A stretch of DNA of 64,000 nucleotides. Origin: Patescibacteria group bacterium (GTDB taxonomy: Bacteria > Patescibacteriota > WWE3 > UBA101185 > UBA10185). Position 1 is the first letter of the stretch, and the number at the start of each line of letters is the position of its first letter. Location: NCBI GenBank assembly GCA_049322215.1, contig JBMORU010000001.1:836023-900022 (forward strand). Direction: 5' to 3'. The notes under the pieces are model-generated. The model was not told the DNA's origin, searched no databases, and worked only from the letters and a program-made list of their open reading frames with translations. Positions 18,938-26,674 of the stretch are shown one piece after another. The translations under genes and the position numbers were made by a program.

Positions 18938-19618
18938 TTATTCGTGAATAGAATAACCAAAACCAGGTGTAGTGTGAATGAGAGGAATTTCTGAGTTTTT
19001 ATCAATTTTTTCACGCAAGTACCCTATGTATACGTCAACAATTCTATCGGATACGTCCTCGGTAGTAGCCCAAACTCTATTTAAAATCATATCGCGGGTT
19101 AAAACTCTGTTGGCGTTTTCCATTAAGTACTGAAGTAAGCGGTACTCAGTTGGAGTCAAAATTATTTCACGATCCCCACGGTGTGCTCGTTTGGTATTGT
19201 CGTTTAGTACTAAATCAGCCACAACTAAATCCCCATTATCTTTGGTCGCTGTCTCCTGTGGAAGTAAAAATTTGTTTATGCGAGACATAAGCTCAGCTGG
19301 TACAATTGGATGCAACATAAACTCGCAGTTGTCGTGTTGTAACATTCTGGTAATTAAACTTTCGTCTTTTATAGCACTAATAATGATAATTGGAATATCA
19401 GGATATAAAGTATAAACTTCTGCATATAGAGTTTCGCCGTCAATATCTGAAAGCTCATATGCGCATATAATTAAGTCTGCGTCTAAATTATGGATATCTT
19501 CCAAAAACTTCAAACCCGATTTAAATAAAGTTACCTTAAAGCCTTTTTCTAACAGTAAGCGTTTGTAAAATTTTGCAAGGGAATCATCTTGTTGCACTAG
19601 AATAAGGTGTTTATTCAT
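18938..19618 (-). CDS. OmpR/PhoB-family winged-helix regulator with degenerate receiver domain (phospho-acceptor Asp replaced by Ala)
   Basis: Receiver segment 'DLIICAYELSDIDG' aligns with the canonical 'DLxxLDxxMPxMDG'; the acceptor D is replaced by A and the conserved K by H; C-terminal trans_reg_C motif present. Confidence 0.75.
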   Translation of the reverse strand: MNKHLILVQQDDSLAKFYKRLLLEKGFKVTLFKSGLKFLEDIHNLDADLIICAYELSDIDGETLYAEVYTLYPDIPIIIISAIKDESLITRMLQHDNCEFMLHPIVPAELMSRINKFLLPQETATKDNGDLVVADLVLNDNTKRAHRGDREIILTPTEYRLLQYLMENANRVLTRDMILNRVWATTEDVSDRIVDVYIGYLREKIDKNSEIPLIHTTPGFGYSIHE

Positions 19619-19624
19619 TTAACT

Positions 19625-19632
19625 ATTATACA
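19625..19632 (-). promoter_or_regulatory. Extended -10 (TGTATAAT) 6 nt upstream of the regulator ATG: leaderless promoter
   Basis: Minus-strand cTGTATAAT-agttaa-ATG, no SD. Confidence 0.4.
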
Positions 19633-19671
19633 GGAGCTGGTAGTTTTTGCTGCTACCACAATCACACTTCT

Positions 19672-19707
19672 CAAAAAACACCCCTTTATTTGAGGGGTGC
19701 TTTTTTA
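19672..19707. terminator. Bidirectional rho-independent terminator (A-run, CACCCC-loop-GGGGTG, T-run)
   Basis: aaaaaacacccctttatttgaggggtgctttttt; ends the minus-strand gene 19726..20235. Confidence 0.6.
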
Positions 19708-19725
19708 TTTGTTTGCATGGAATGC

Positions 19726-20235
19726 CTACTCAGTTGCTGATTCTGTTTCAATATCTTGCCTAATTAGCTCTATAAGACCTTCTAATGTAAGTAGGGCATC
19801 TGCAGTATCTTCACGTGTGGTTTGTTCTAAAACTTCTAGTTCTGCATCAATATCCGCCAACTGCTCCTTAAATACACCTTCCGCAGTGTCATAGCTTGCT
19901 TGCACATCCTCTTGAAGTTCTGTAATTTCTTGCATTGTTTCATCTGTTACTTCATCTGCTAAAAAATCTGCTTGAATTGCAACTAAGCGCGCTTCTATTT
20001 GAGCACGCGTTGCCGCATAGTCAATTTCTTGCTCAGCTTCCATTGCAGCTTCTTCTGCTTCGTTTTCAAGCTCTTGAGCTTCTTGTGACACTTCTTGAGC
20101 TGTTTCTTCGGTTTGATCAACAACTGTAGGTACTAAGTCGTTTCCACTTCTATTAAAGGCGACCCAACCTATTAGTAAAGCAAGTACAGCTATAACTCCT
20201 ACAAAAACCATTAAACTACTGTTGTTTTCTTTCAT
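19726..20235 (-). CDS. membrane-anchored acidic coiled-coil protein
   Basis: N-terminal TM helix followed by a highly acidic E/A/Q-rich region. Confidence 0.45.
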   Translation of the reverse strand: MKENNSSLMVFVGVIAVLALLIGWVAFNRSGNDLVPTVVDQTEETAQEVSQEAQELENEAEEAAMEAEQEIDYAATRAQIEARLVAIQADFLADEVTDETMQEITELQEDVQASYDTAEGVFKEQLADIDAELEVLEQTTREDTADALLTLEGLIELIRQDIETESATE

Positions 20236-20249
20236 TATTACCTCCTTAC

Positions 20250-20792
20250 TTAATCATTAACTTCTATTGCTAAGTCTGAAATGTGCATTGCACCGTTAGA
20301 ACTAAATACGTCTTTAATTCTCTGCGTGTCACCATCACGGGCAGTAACACCTACAATTAAGTAGCCCTGCTTAAGATCTTCTTCATACTTAACCGCTAGT
20401 TGTTCATCTACACCTATTTCTTTAAGTGCGCCGGCTATACCACCTACTAAAGAACCAGCAATAGCTCCTGAGGCTGTAGCTCCTGCAACACCCGTTATAC
20501 CCAAGGCGGCAGCAATTGGACCTGAAACAAACAGTAAACCTATTCCTGGTATAGTTAACGCGCCCACGCCAACTAAAAGTCCTAGTATCCCTCCTATAAC
20601 TCCACCCGTTTTAGCAGAATCTTTTACGCCCTCAACTACATTGTTCTCAAATTTAACCTTGTCAGAGTTTAAAGCGTCTTTTGAAGTGACAACAGAAATA
20701 GCATCTTTTGTATAACCATTAACCTCTAAGGTCTTTAATACAGCATTAACTTCATCTACGCTTTTAAACATTCCTAATACATTTTTGGCCAT
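20250..20792 (-). CDS. general stress protein 17M-like (YflT-type N-domain) with Gly-rich membrane region
   Basis: N-terminus 'VLGMFKSVDEVNAVLKTLEVNGYTKDAISVV' resembles the YflT stress-protein domain. Confidence 0.55.
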   Translation of the reverse strand: MAKNVLGMFKSVDEVNAVLKTLEVNGYTKDAISVVTSKDALNSDKVKFENNVVEGVKDSAKTGGVIGGILGLLVGVGALTIPGIGLLFVSGPIAAALGITGVAGATASGAIAGSLVGGIAGALKEIGVDEQLAVKYEEDLKQGYLIVGVTARDGDTQRIKDVFSSNGAMHISDLAIEVND

Positions 20793-20805
20793 TTATACCC
20801 CTTTC

Positions 20806-21084
20806 TTATAATTTAGTACCACTCATTTCGTTATTTATACGCTGCCACATTTCGTTAATGTCATCTTTAACACTTTTCCAAGAGTCATCTGTGATATCGG
20901 CTATTTTGTTAAGCTTCTTTTCTATTTCGTCTAGATCTTCTTTTAGCAAAGAATACTTTTTTTGTGCGGTTTGCTGAAGTTCAGCAGAAGTTTCTTGCAT
21001 ACTTTGGGATAACGCATCTATAGACTGTCGCAGGTCTCGTATTTTTTGTTCCATAGTCGCAACGTACGTTTGCTTTTCATTCAT
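20806..21084 (-). CDS. small coiled-coil protein
   Basis: 92-aa heptad-rich ORF within the stress operon. Confidence 0.4.
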   Translation of the reverse strand: MNEKQTYVATMEQKIRDLRQSIDALSQSMQETSAELQQTAQKKYSLLKEDLDEIEKKLNKIADITDDSWKSVKDDINEMWQRINNEMSGTKL

Positions 21085-21097
21085 GGTAAAGCTCCAT

Positions 21098-21349
21098 TTA
21101 CTTTAATTTAATAACACGTGATAATCCAACTAAAAGCATAGCTCCTAATGTAGCAATTAATATGCTGTAAAAGTTAAATCCTGTGATTCCGGGTAAACCT
21201 AAGAAGGTACTTAAAAACCCTCCGAGCAAGGCACCTAGTATCCCTAAAACTATATTTCCTACAAGTCCTTGCTGCGCATCAGTACCCAATAGTAAAGAAG
21301 CTAACCAACCAACAAGAGCTCCAAATATTATCCAAAGTAATATACCCAT
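21098..21349 (-). CDS. GlsB/YeaQ/YmgE-family stress membrane protein
   Basis: GALVGWLASLL...GNIVLGILGALLGGFL motif. Confidence 0.7.
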   Translation of the reverse strand: MGILLWIIFGALVGWLASLLLGTDAQQGLVGNIVLGILGALLGGFLSTFLGLPGITGFNFYSILIATLGAMLLVGLSRVIKLK

Positions 21350-21449
21350 ATGTATTCCTTTCTTTTCAACTATGTAAATTCACTTTTCAAAGTACTAATT
21401 TTTAACTATATATGCATATTAAGGAAAACTTATTAAGTGTTTAGAAATT

Positions 21450-21493
21450 ATTTGTAAGAAATTGAAGAAAAGTACTTGTTTCTTCTTACAAAT
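21450..21493. promoter_or_regulatory. 11-bp perfect inverted repeat ATTTGTAAGAA-N22-TTCTTACAAAT in the divergent promoter region
   Basis: Read directly from sequence. Confidence 0.4.
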
Positions 21494-21553
21494 CTCTTAA
21501 AAATAGTCTAAACTGAATATATAGATAGACCTTTATATATTTAGGAGTACTTT

Positions 21554-21982
21554 ATGCAATTAAATCCATATTTAAATTTTGATGGAAATGCTGAAGAAGC
21601 ATTTAATTTTTATAAAAAAATATTTGGTGGGGAATTTACTTCCCTTATGAGATTTAGTGATATGCCAGAAGGTGAAGACAAACCAGTTGAAGAAGAAGCA
21701 AATCGCATAATGCATATAGCGTTACCTATTGGAGATACCTCAATACTAATGGCCTCAGATATTTCAAGTGCAAATGGGATGCAGCTAATAGAAGGAAATA
21801 ACAACTATATAACTATTTCTCCAGATTCCCTAGAAGAAACTGAGCGTTTGTATGAACAACTATCAGAAGGTGGAAATATTGAAATGCCGCTTCAAAAAAT
21901 GTTTTGGGGTAGCTATTTTGCGTCTTTTAAAGATAAGTTTGGTATTGAATGGATGATTGATTACGCAGAATCCACAAGCTAA
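21554..21982 (+). CDS. VOC-family (glyoxalase/PhnB-like) protein
   Basis: PhnB-like N-terminus 'LNPYLNFDGNAEEAFNFYKKIFGG'. Confidence 0.6.
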   Translation: MQLNPYLNFDGNAEEAFNFYKKIFGGEFTSLMRFSDMPEGEDKPVEEEANRIMHIALPIGDTSILMASDISSANGMQLIEGNNNYITISPDSLEETERLYEQLSEGGNIEMPLQKMFWGSYFASFKDKFGIEWMIDYAESTS

Positions 21983-21983
21983 A

Positions 21984-22838
21984 TTATTTGAGATTTTCTT
22001 CTAAAAAGCTAAGAGTTTTGTTCCAAGCGTCTAACGTTTCTTCTTGGGAGTAATTGTTACCTGTAGGGTTAGCAAAAGCATGACCAACGTTAGGGTAAAT
22101 GTTAATACTGCCTTCGATTTCTAGTGATTCAAGCTCTTTTGCAAACTTTTCAACATCATCAATAGAAATAGTTGTATCTTCTGCACCAAAAATGCCCAGT
22201 ACAGGAGAGTTCAAGTTTGCTAGTTCTGAAGACTCAGTTACTAAATTTCCATAGTAAATAACTGTTGCATCTAAGTTTGTAGCTAAAGATAGTTGTAAAG
22301 ATTGTCCTCCACCAAAGCACCAGCCTAATGAAGCAATTTTACTTGCACCCTCGTTTTGTAAATAATCCTTAGCAGCCTGTAAATTTTGCAACGCAATATC
22401 TTGGTTTAATGCGGTGGTTTGTGCAAGCGCTTCTTCGGGAGTTGTAGCAACTGTACCAAATAAATCAACAGCAAAAACTTTATAACCTTGTCCAGCCAAT
22501 TGTTCTGCCATATCTTTTATATGATCGTTTAAACCCCACCACTCATGAATCATCACTATACCTGGAAAGTCCCCAGGTTCTGTTGGAGATACAAAATATC
22601 CTGTAGATCCATTAAAATAGCTTACGTTTTTTGAAGTAACTTCAAACCTGGGTGCCCGCCTTAAAATATCGACATTTCTTTCAGGTGAGGTTGTAGATTC
22701 AGGTTCTTCTATCGTTTCATTAGGCTTCTGAACAACGGGTACGGTGGTTGGATCCTGTTGATCTGGATATTTCAAAAAGAAAAGGGCACCAAGAAGTATA
22801 AAAAAAATTAAAATTGCGAATATATGGGAGCGTTTCAT
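21984..22838 (-). CDS. dienelactone hydrolase family protein (secreted)
   Basis: GIVMIHEWWGLNDHIK and nucleophile motif LGWCFGGG. Confidence 0.75.
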   Translation of the reverse strand: MKRSHIFAILIFFILLGALFFLKYPDQQDPTTVPVVQKPNETIEEPESTTSPERNVDILRRAPRFEVTSKNVSYFNGSTGYFVSPTEPGDFPGIVMIHEWWGLNDHIKDMAEQLAGQGYKVFAVDLFGTVATTPEEALAQTTALNQDIALQNLQAAKDYLQNEGASKIASLGWCFGGGQSLQLSLATNLDATVIYYGNLVTESSELANLNSPVLGIFGAEDTTISIDDVEKFAKELESLEIEGSINIYPNVGHAFANPTGNNYSQEETLDAWNKTLSFLEENLK

Positions 22839-23014
22839 TTAACAAAGATTAGCATACTTTAACAACTATCACCATTCTCTTGCAAAGAAAAAGCCACCCT
22901 AAGGTGGCTTTTTCAAGTACCCTGATGAGATAAATCTCATTAGGGTGTTGGAATAATATATAAAACTTAAAATATTGTCAACACTTTCACAAATCCTTTG
23001 GTAAAATATACTTA

Positions 23015-24130
23015 ATGAAAGTAAAGACTATTATTCTTTTTTGGATAATAGGTGTTTTAGCAATTGCTGTCTCTTTATCGCTTTACAGTGTTTCTAGAAA
23101 ACAATCTACTCCTTATACTGCTGTAACATCCGTGAATAAAAATGCAGCTGAAGCCGAAAAAGAAAACGAAAGTAAAATTGCAAAAACACTAATAATTCCA
23201 AAGGAAAAAACATTAAAAAATATTAACCACGTGTTTCAAACGTTCAATAACTGTGGGCCTGCTTCTTTATCAATGGCACTATCATTTTATGGAATAAACA
23301 AATCGCAAACAGAGCTTGGGCAGCAGTTAAGACCCTACCAAAACCCTCAGGGGGATAACGATGATAAATCTGTTACATTAGAAGAACTTGCAAAAGAAGC
23401 AAATAAATATGGCTTCGCAACTTTTCATAGACCCGCTGGCAATATAGAAATGATTAAAAAGTTTGTAGCCTATGATATGCCGGTAATTACCAGAACATGG
23501 CTTAAACCTAATGATGATATAGGACATTACAGAGTAGTAAAAGGTTACGACGAAGATAAAGGTATATTAATACAAGATGACTCTTTGCAAGGTAAAGACC
23601 TTGAATACTCACATGGTGACTTCAACGAAATATGGAAAATGTTTAACTACGAATATTTAGTATTAGTACCAAACGACAAAGTAGAAATAGCAAAAGGAAT
23701 TCTGCAAAAAGATGTAAATGAAGACGAAGCCTGGAAAAAGGCAGTAAAACTGGCACGTCAACAACTTGAACAAAATGAAAACGACACTTACGCAAGATTT
23801 AACTTATCGGTAGCTCTTTACAACATAAAAGAATACGAAGCTGCCATAAAAGAATTTGAACAAGTAGAAACCTTGATATCAAAACGAACACTTTGGTATC
23901 AAATTGAGCCTATACTGGCTTATTATGAAATACAAGACTATGAAAGAGTTTTTACTTTAACAAATGAAATATTAAATAATAACAATCGCGCATTTTCCGA
24001 ACTATATATAGTACGTGGAAATATTTATAGAAACGAAGGAAAAATTAGTGAAGCAAAAAGTGAGTATGAAAAGGCACTAAACTACAATGTAAATTTAGAA
24101 GCGGCAAAACAGGCTATAAATTCTCTTTAA
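23015..24130 (+). CDS. C39-like (Peptidase_C39_2-type) domain protein with C-terminal TPR repeats, membrane anchored
   Basis: NCGPASLSMALSFYG Cys motif; TPR-like repeats at the C-terminus. Confidence 0.55.
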   Translation: MKVKTIILFWIIGVLAIAVSLSLYSVSRKQSTPYTAVTSVNKNAAEAEKENESKIAKTLIIPKEKTLKNINHVFQTFNNCGPASLSMALSFYGINKSQTELGQQLRPYQNPQGDNDDKSVTLEELAKEANKYGFATFHRPAGNIEMIKKFVAYDMPVITRTWLKPNDDIGHYRVVKGYDEDKGILIQDDSLQGKDLEYSHGDFNEIWKMFNYEYLVLVPNDKVEIAKGILQKDVNEDEAWKKAVKLARQQLEQNENDTYARFNLSVALYNIKEYEAAIKEFEQVETLISKRTLWYQIEPILAYYEIQDYERVFTLTNEILNNNNRAFSELYIVRGNIYRNEGKISEAKSEYEKALNYNVNLEAAKQAINSL

Positions 24131-25205
24131 AAAAATTAACTGTTCTTTGCATTGCCGTTTCAAAATAGGGTGATTCTATATTATGCCCGCCACCATAATA
24201 CTCATATAGCTCATAATTTTTCCCGTTTGCACTTAGCACTTTAGCTAAATCTCGCGAATAACCAATATTAACTACAGAATCATTTACTGCGTGGTGTATT
24301 TGTAAAGGCCTTTGCAAATAGTTTATGTTTTGAGTTAAAGAAATCGAACTCCAAAAATTATCATTGAAGTCTATTTTTTCAGGGTTAGATCTTAAATCTT
24401 GAATTTGGGAAGAATCCTCTCTGGAAGGGCTATCTTCTAACTTTTCACGTTGGCTGGGGGGTCTAGGAACATAGCTATTATCACTAATTCTATATTTTGC
24501 AAAATCCTCATAGCTATAAACTGCACCTGCCCAAATAACACCGGCCTTTATCTTGTCAGAAACAAGCATTGTTCGCAGAATCAAGTTCCCGGCCATACTG
24601 TGTCCCCAAATCCCAATCTGTTCTGCATTTACTTTTTCGTACTTTTGCAATGCAACTACAGCATTAACTGTGTCAATTGTGTACGCATTAGAGAAATAAG
24701 TACCTGTTGCTAATCCCTCAGATTCACCGTGTCCTCTCAAATCTATTTTAAACACCACAAAGCCATTTCGTGCTAAATAGTCTACATAGGCTACATATTT
24801 TTCTGTAGTCTTATATTGAGATGGTGGAATATAACCATGTACAAACACAACAGCTTTGTAACCTCCTTCTGGCATTTCAGTATTTGGAATAGTCAAGAGG
24901 CCATATAATTTATTACCATCACTTTGATAACTTGCAATATAGCTATTGTAGCTAGCACTAGTTGATACCTGTTCCTCAATTTGTAATCCATTATTACTTA
25001 TATTTAAAGTTTTCAAATACTCAATGGAAATAGGAGACGGGGAAGCTGCATCGGTAGCTTCGTCAACAATTGTTGCCATAGTATCAAAGTTGCTTTCAGA
25101 GTCTTCTACACGTGACAGTAGTGCTTTTTCGGAGTACACGTAACCTAAAAGCACAAAAATAGAAAGAACAATAATTAAAGAAAATAGTGTTAAATATTTT
25201 CGCAT
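24114..25205 (-). CDS. alpha/beta hydrolase (S9/dienelactone hydrolase-like), secreted
   Basis: GHSMAG nucleophile elbow, VVFVHGY. Confidence 0.7.
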   Translation of the reverse strand: MRKYLTLFSLIIVLSIFVLLGYVYSEKALLSRVEDSESNFDTMATIVDEATDAASPSPISIEYLKTLNISNNGLQIEEQVSTSASYNSYIASYQSDGNKLYGLLTIPNTEMPEGGYKAVVFVHGYIPPSQYKTTEKYVAYVDYLARNGFVVFKIDLRGHGESEGLATGTYFSNAYTIDTVNAVVALQKYEKVNAEQIGIWGHSMAGNLILRTMLVSDKIKAGVIWAGAVYSYEDFAKYRISDNSYVPRPPSQREKLEDSPSREDSSQIQDLRSNPEKIDFNDNFWSSISLTQNINYLQRPLQIHHAVNDSVVNIGYSRDLAKVLSANGKNYELYEYYGGGHNIESPYFETAMQRTVNFFKENL

Positions 25206-25496
25206 TACAAAACATATAATAACAAATTTATAGTTATCTATGCTTAATTAATACTTATTTCACTATATGTTGTCATACTAATAAATACTAAGCATTGACA
25301 TTTCTGATACATAGTTTATAAACTTAGTATCTTAAGTATTTTAAGACTCTTTTTTTGCAGTAGTAAAAAGGTCAAGTGACAACACAAGATAAACATTTAC
25401 TTAATATTAAAAATCCCAAAGTACTTACACAGGACTTATATTTTGAAACTTTTCACATGAAAAATTTATCATGCATTTTTGGAGGGGGTGATTAGT

Positions 25497-25745
25497 TTGC
25501 TAACAGAAGCTGAAATAAAGAAAAACCTTAGAAAAGATCCAGACTGGGAACCCGCTTTGGATGCAAGTGACGAAGATTGGGATTTGTTCGAAAGCGTAAG
25601 AGATGAAATGGATTTAGATATGGACTTGGATACCGACAGTGACGACGAAGACTCCAAGAAAAAGAAAAAACCCGACACGTGGAGCGACGACGATGTGTTT
25701 AGCGACGACAATCCAGGTTGGGACAGCTACAGTGATGATTATTAA
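25497..25745 (+). CDS. small highly acidic (D/E/S-rich) protein
   Basis: GGAGGGGG RBS with TTG start at 25497 (the ORF track extends to 25479); C-terminal poly-Asp/Ser. Confidence 0.4.
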   Translation: MLTEAEIKKNLRKDPDWEPALDASDEDWDLFESVRDEMDLDMDLDTDSDDEDSKKKKKPDTWSDDDVFSDDNPGWDSYSDDY

Positions 25746-25777
25746 ATTGCTCCATACCTGCCAAGGGGGTGATTCGC

Positions 25778-25846
25778 ATGGCAACAAAGCCTAAAAAGAA
25801 AGCGCCAGCTAAAAAAGCACCCGCTAAAAAAGCAAAGAAAAAGTAA
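25778..25846 (+). CDS. 22-aa Lys/Ala/Pro-rich basic peptide (MATKPKKKAPAKKAPAKKAKKK)
   Basis: AAGGGGGTGA RBS 5 nt before the ATG; followed by a strong terminator. Confidence 0.3.
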   Translation: MATKPKKKAPAKKAPAKKAKKK

Positions 25847-25875
25847 AAAGCTAATTTTAGCTGTTATTAAATGAG

Positions 25876-25913
25876 GAGCACTAAATTTATTTAGTGCTCT
25901 TTCATTTTTTTTT
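25876..25913 (+). terminator. Rho-independent terminator (GAGCACTAAAT-loop-TTAGTGCTC, then a T-run)
   Basis: Read directly from sequence. Confidence 0.6.
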
Positions 25914-26089
25914 AACCTGTCGTAATATTTTGTTATGAGAGCAAACCTTGCTAAAAATGAACAGGGCTCAGCCGTATTTTATCTTTTAATATTAATAGTA
26001 ATACTAATATTGAGTGGTGCCTTAATTACATATTTTAATTCTAAAACACCGCCTGCATATGAAATACCAAGCACAAACTCCCAATCATA

Positions 26090-26118
26090 TTGACACTTGG
26101 CACTCAGTTTGATAGAGT
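26090..26118 (+). promoter_or_regulatory. hsp20 promoter (-35 TTGACA, 17 nt, -10 TAGAGT)
   Basis: Read directly from sequence; overlaps CIRCE. Confidence 0.4.
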
Positions 26119-26123
26119 GCTAA
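26097..26123. promoter_or_regulatory. CIRCE element (HrcA operator) TTGGCACTC-N9-GAGTGCTAA
   Basis: One mismatch to the consensus TTAGCACTC-N9-GAGTGCTAA; 36 bp upstream of hsp20. Confidence 0.75.
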
Positions 26124-26158
26124 TATATTTGGTGTAAAAATTTAATAGGAGGAACTTT

Positions 26159-26599
26159 ATGAAAATTATAAAAAGAAATAACAGGGTACCTCAATTTAAC
26201 CCAATGAGGTCAATGCTAGATGATTTTTTTGCATTTCCTTCAATGCTTGATGAAATGCTTGAGTCTTCTTACACTTCAAAAAACATATCTGTAGATATCT
26301 GGGAAGAAGATGATAAATACTTCGTAAAAATGGCAATACCTGGAGTAGCAAAAGAAGATATAAATATAACAATTAATGCAGATTACATAACAATTAAGGG
26401 AAGTACTAAAAAAGAAGAAAAAGAGGATGATAAGAAAAAATACTACTACAAAACTTTAGAAACGGCATTTGAACAAACATTTAATCTACCAGCAAAAGTA
26501 GATTCCGATAATGCAGATGCTAAATATGAAAATGGGGTTTTAACATTAACCCTACCAAAAGCTTCTGATGTAAAACCTAAAACGTTAGAAGTGAAATAA
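26159..26599 (+). CDS. Hsp20/alpha-crystallin small heat-shock protein
   Basis: ACD motifs; 'ENGVLTLTLPK'. Confidence 0.9.
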   Translation: MKIIKRNNRVPQFNPMRSMLDDFFAFPSMLDEMLESSYTSKNISVDIWEEDDKYFVKMAIPGVAKEDINITINADYITIKGSTKKEEKEDDKKKYYYKTLETAFEQTFNLPAKVDSDNADAKYENGVLTLTLPKASDVKPKTLEVK

Positions 26600-26610
26600 A
26601 GGCTTAACAA

Positions 26611-26637
26611 AAAAAGGCGGGGAAAACCCGCCTTTTT
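26611..26637. terminator. Bidirectional terminator AAAAAGGCGGG-GAAAA-CCCGCCTTTTT
   Basis: Read directly from sequence. Confidence 0.65.
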
Positions 26638-26674
26638 CATAGAAAATACCCTCACACTAGGCTATCATTAAATT

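Noticed and set aside
25469-25711. 80-aa Ser/Leu-rich minus-strand ORF
   Set aside because: Antisense to the acidic protein gene. Low-complexity mirror of the poly-Asp codons.
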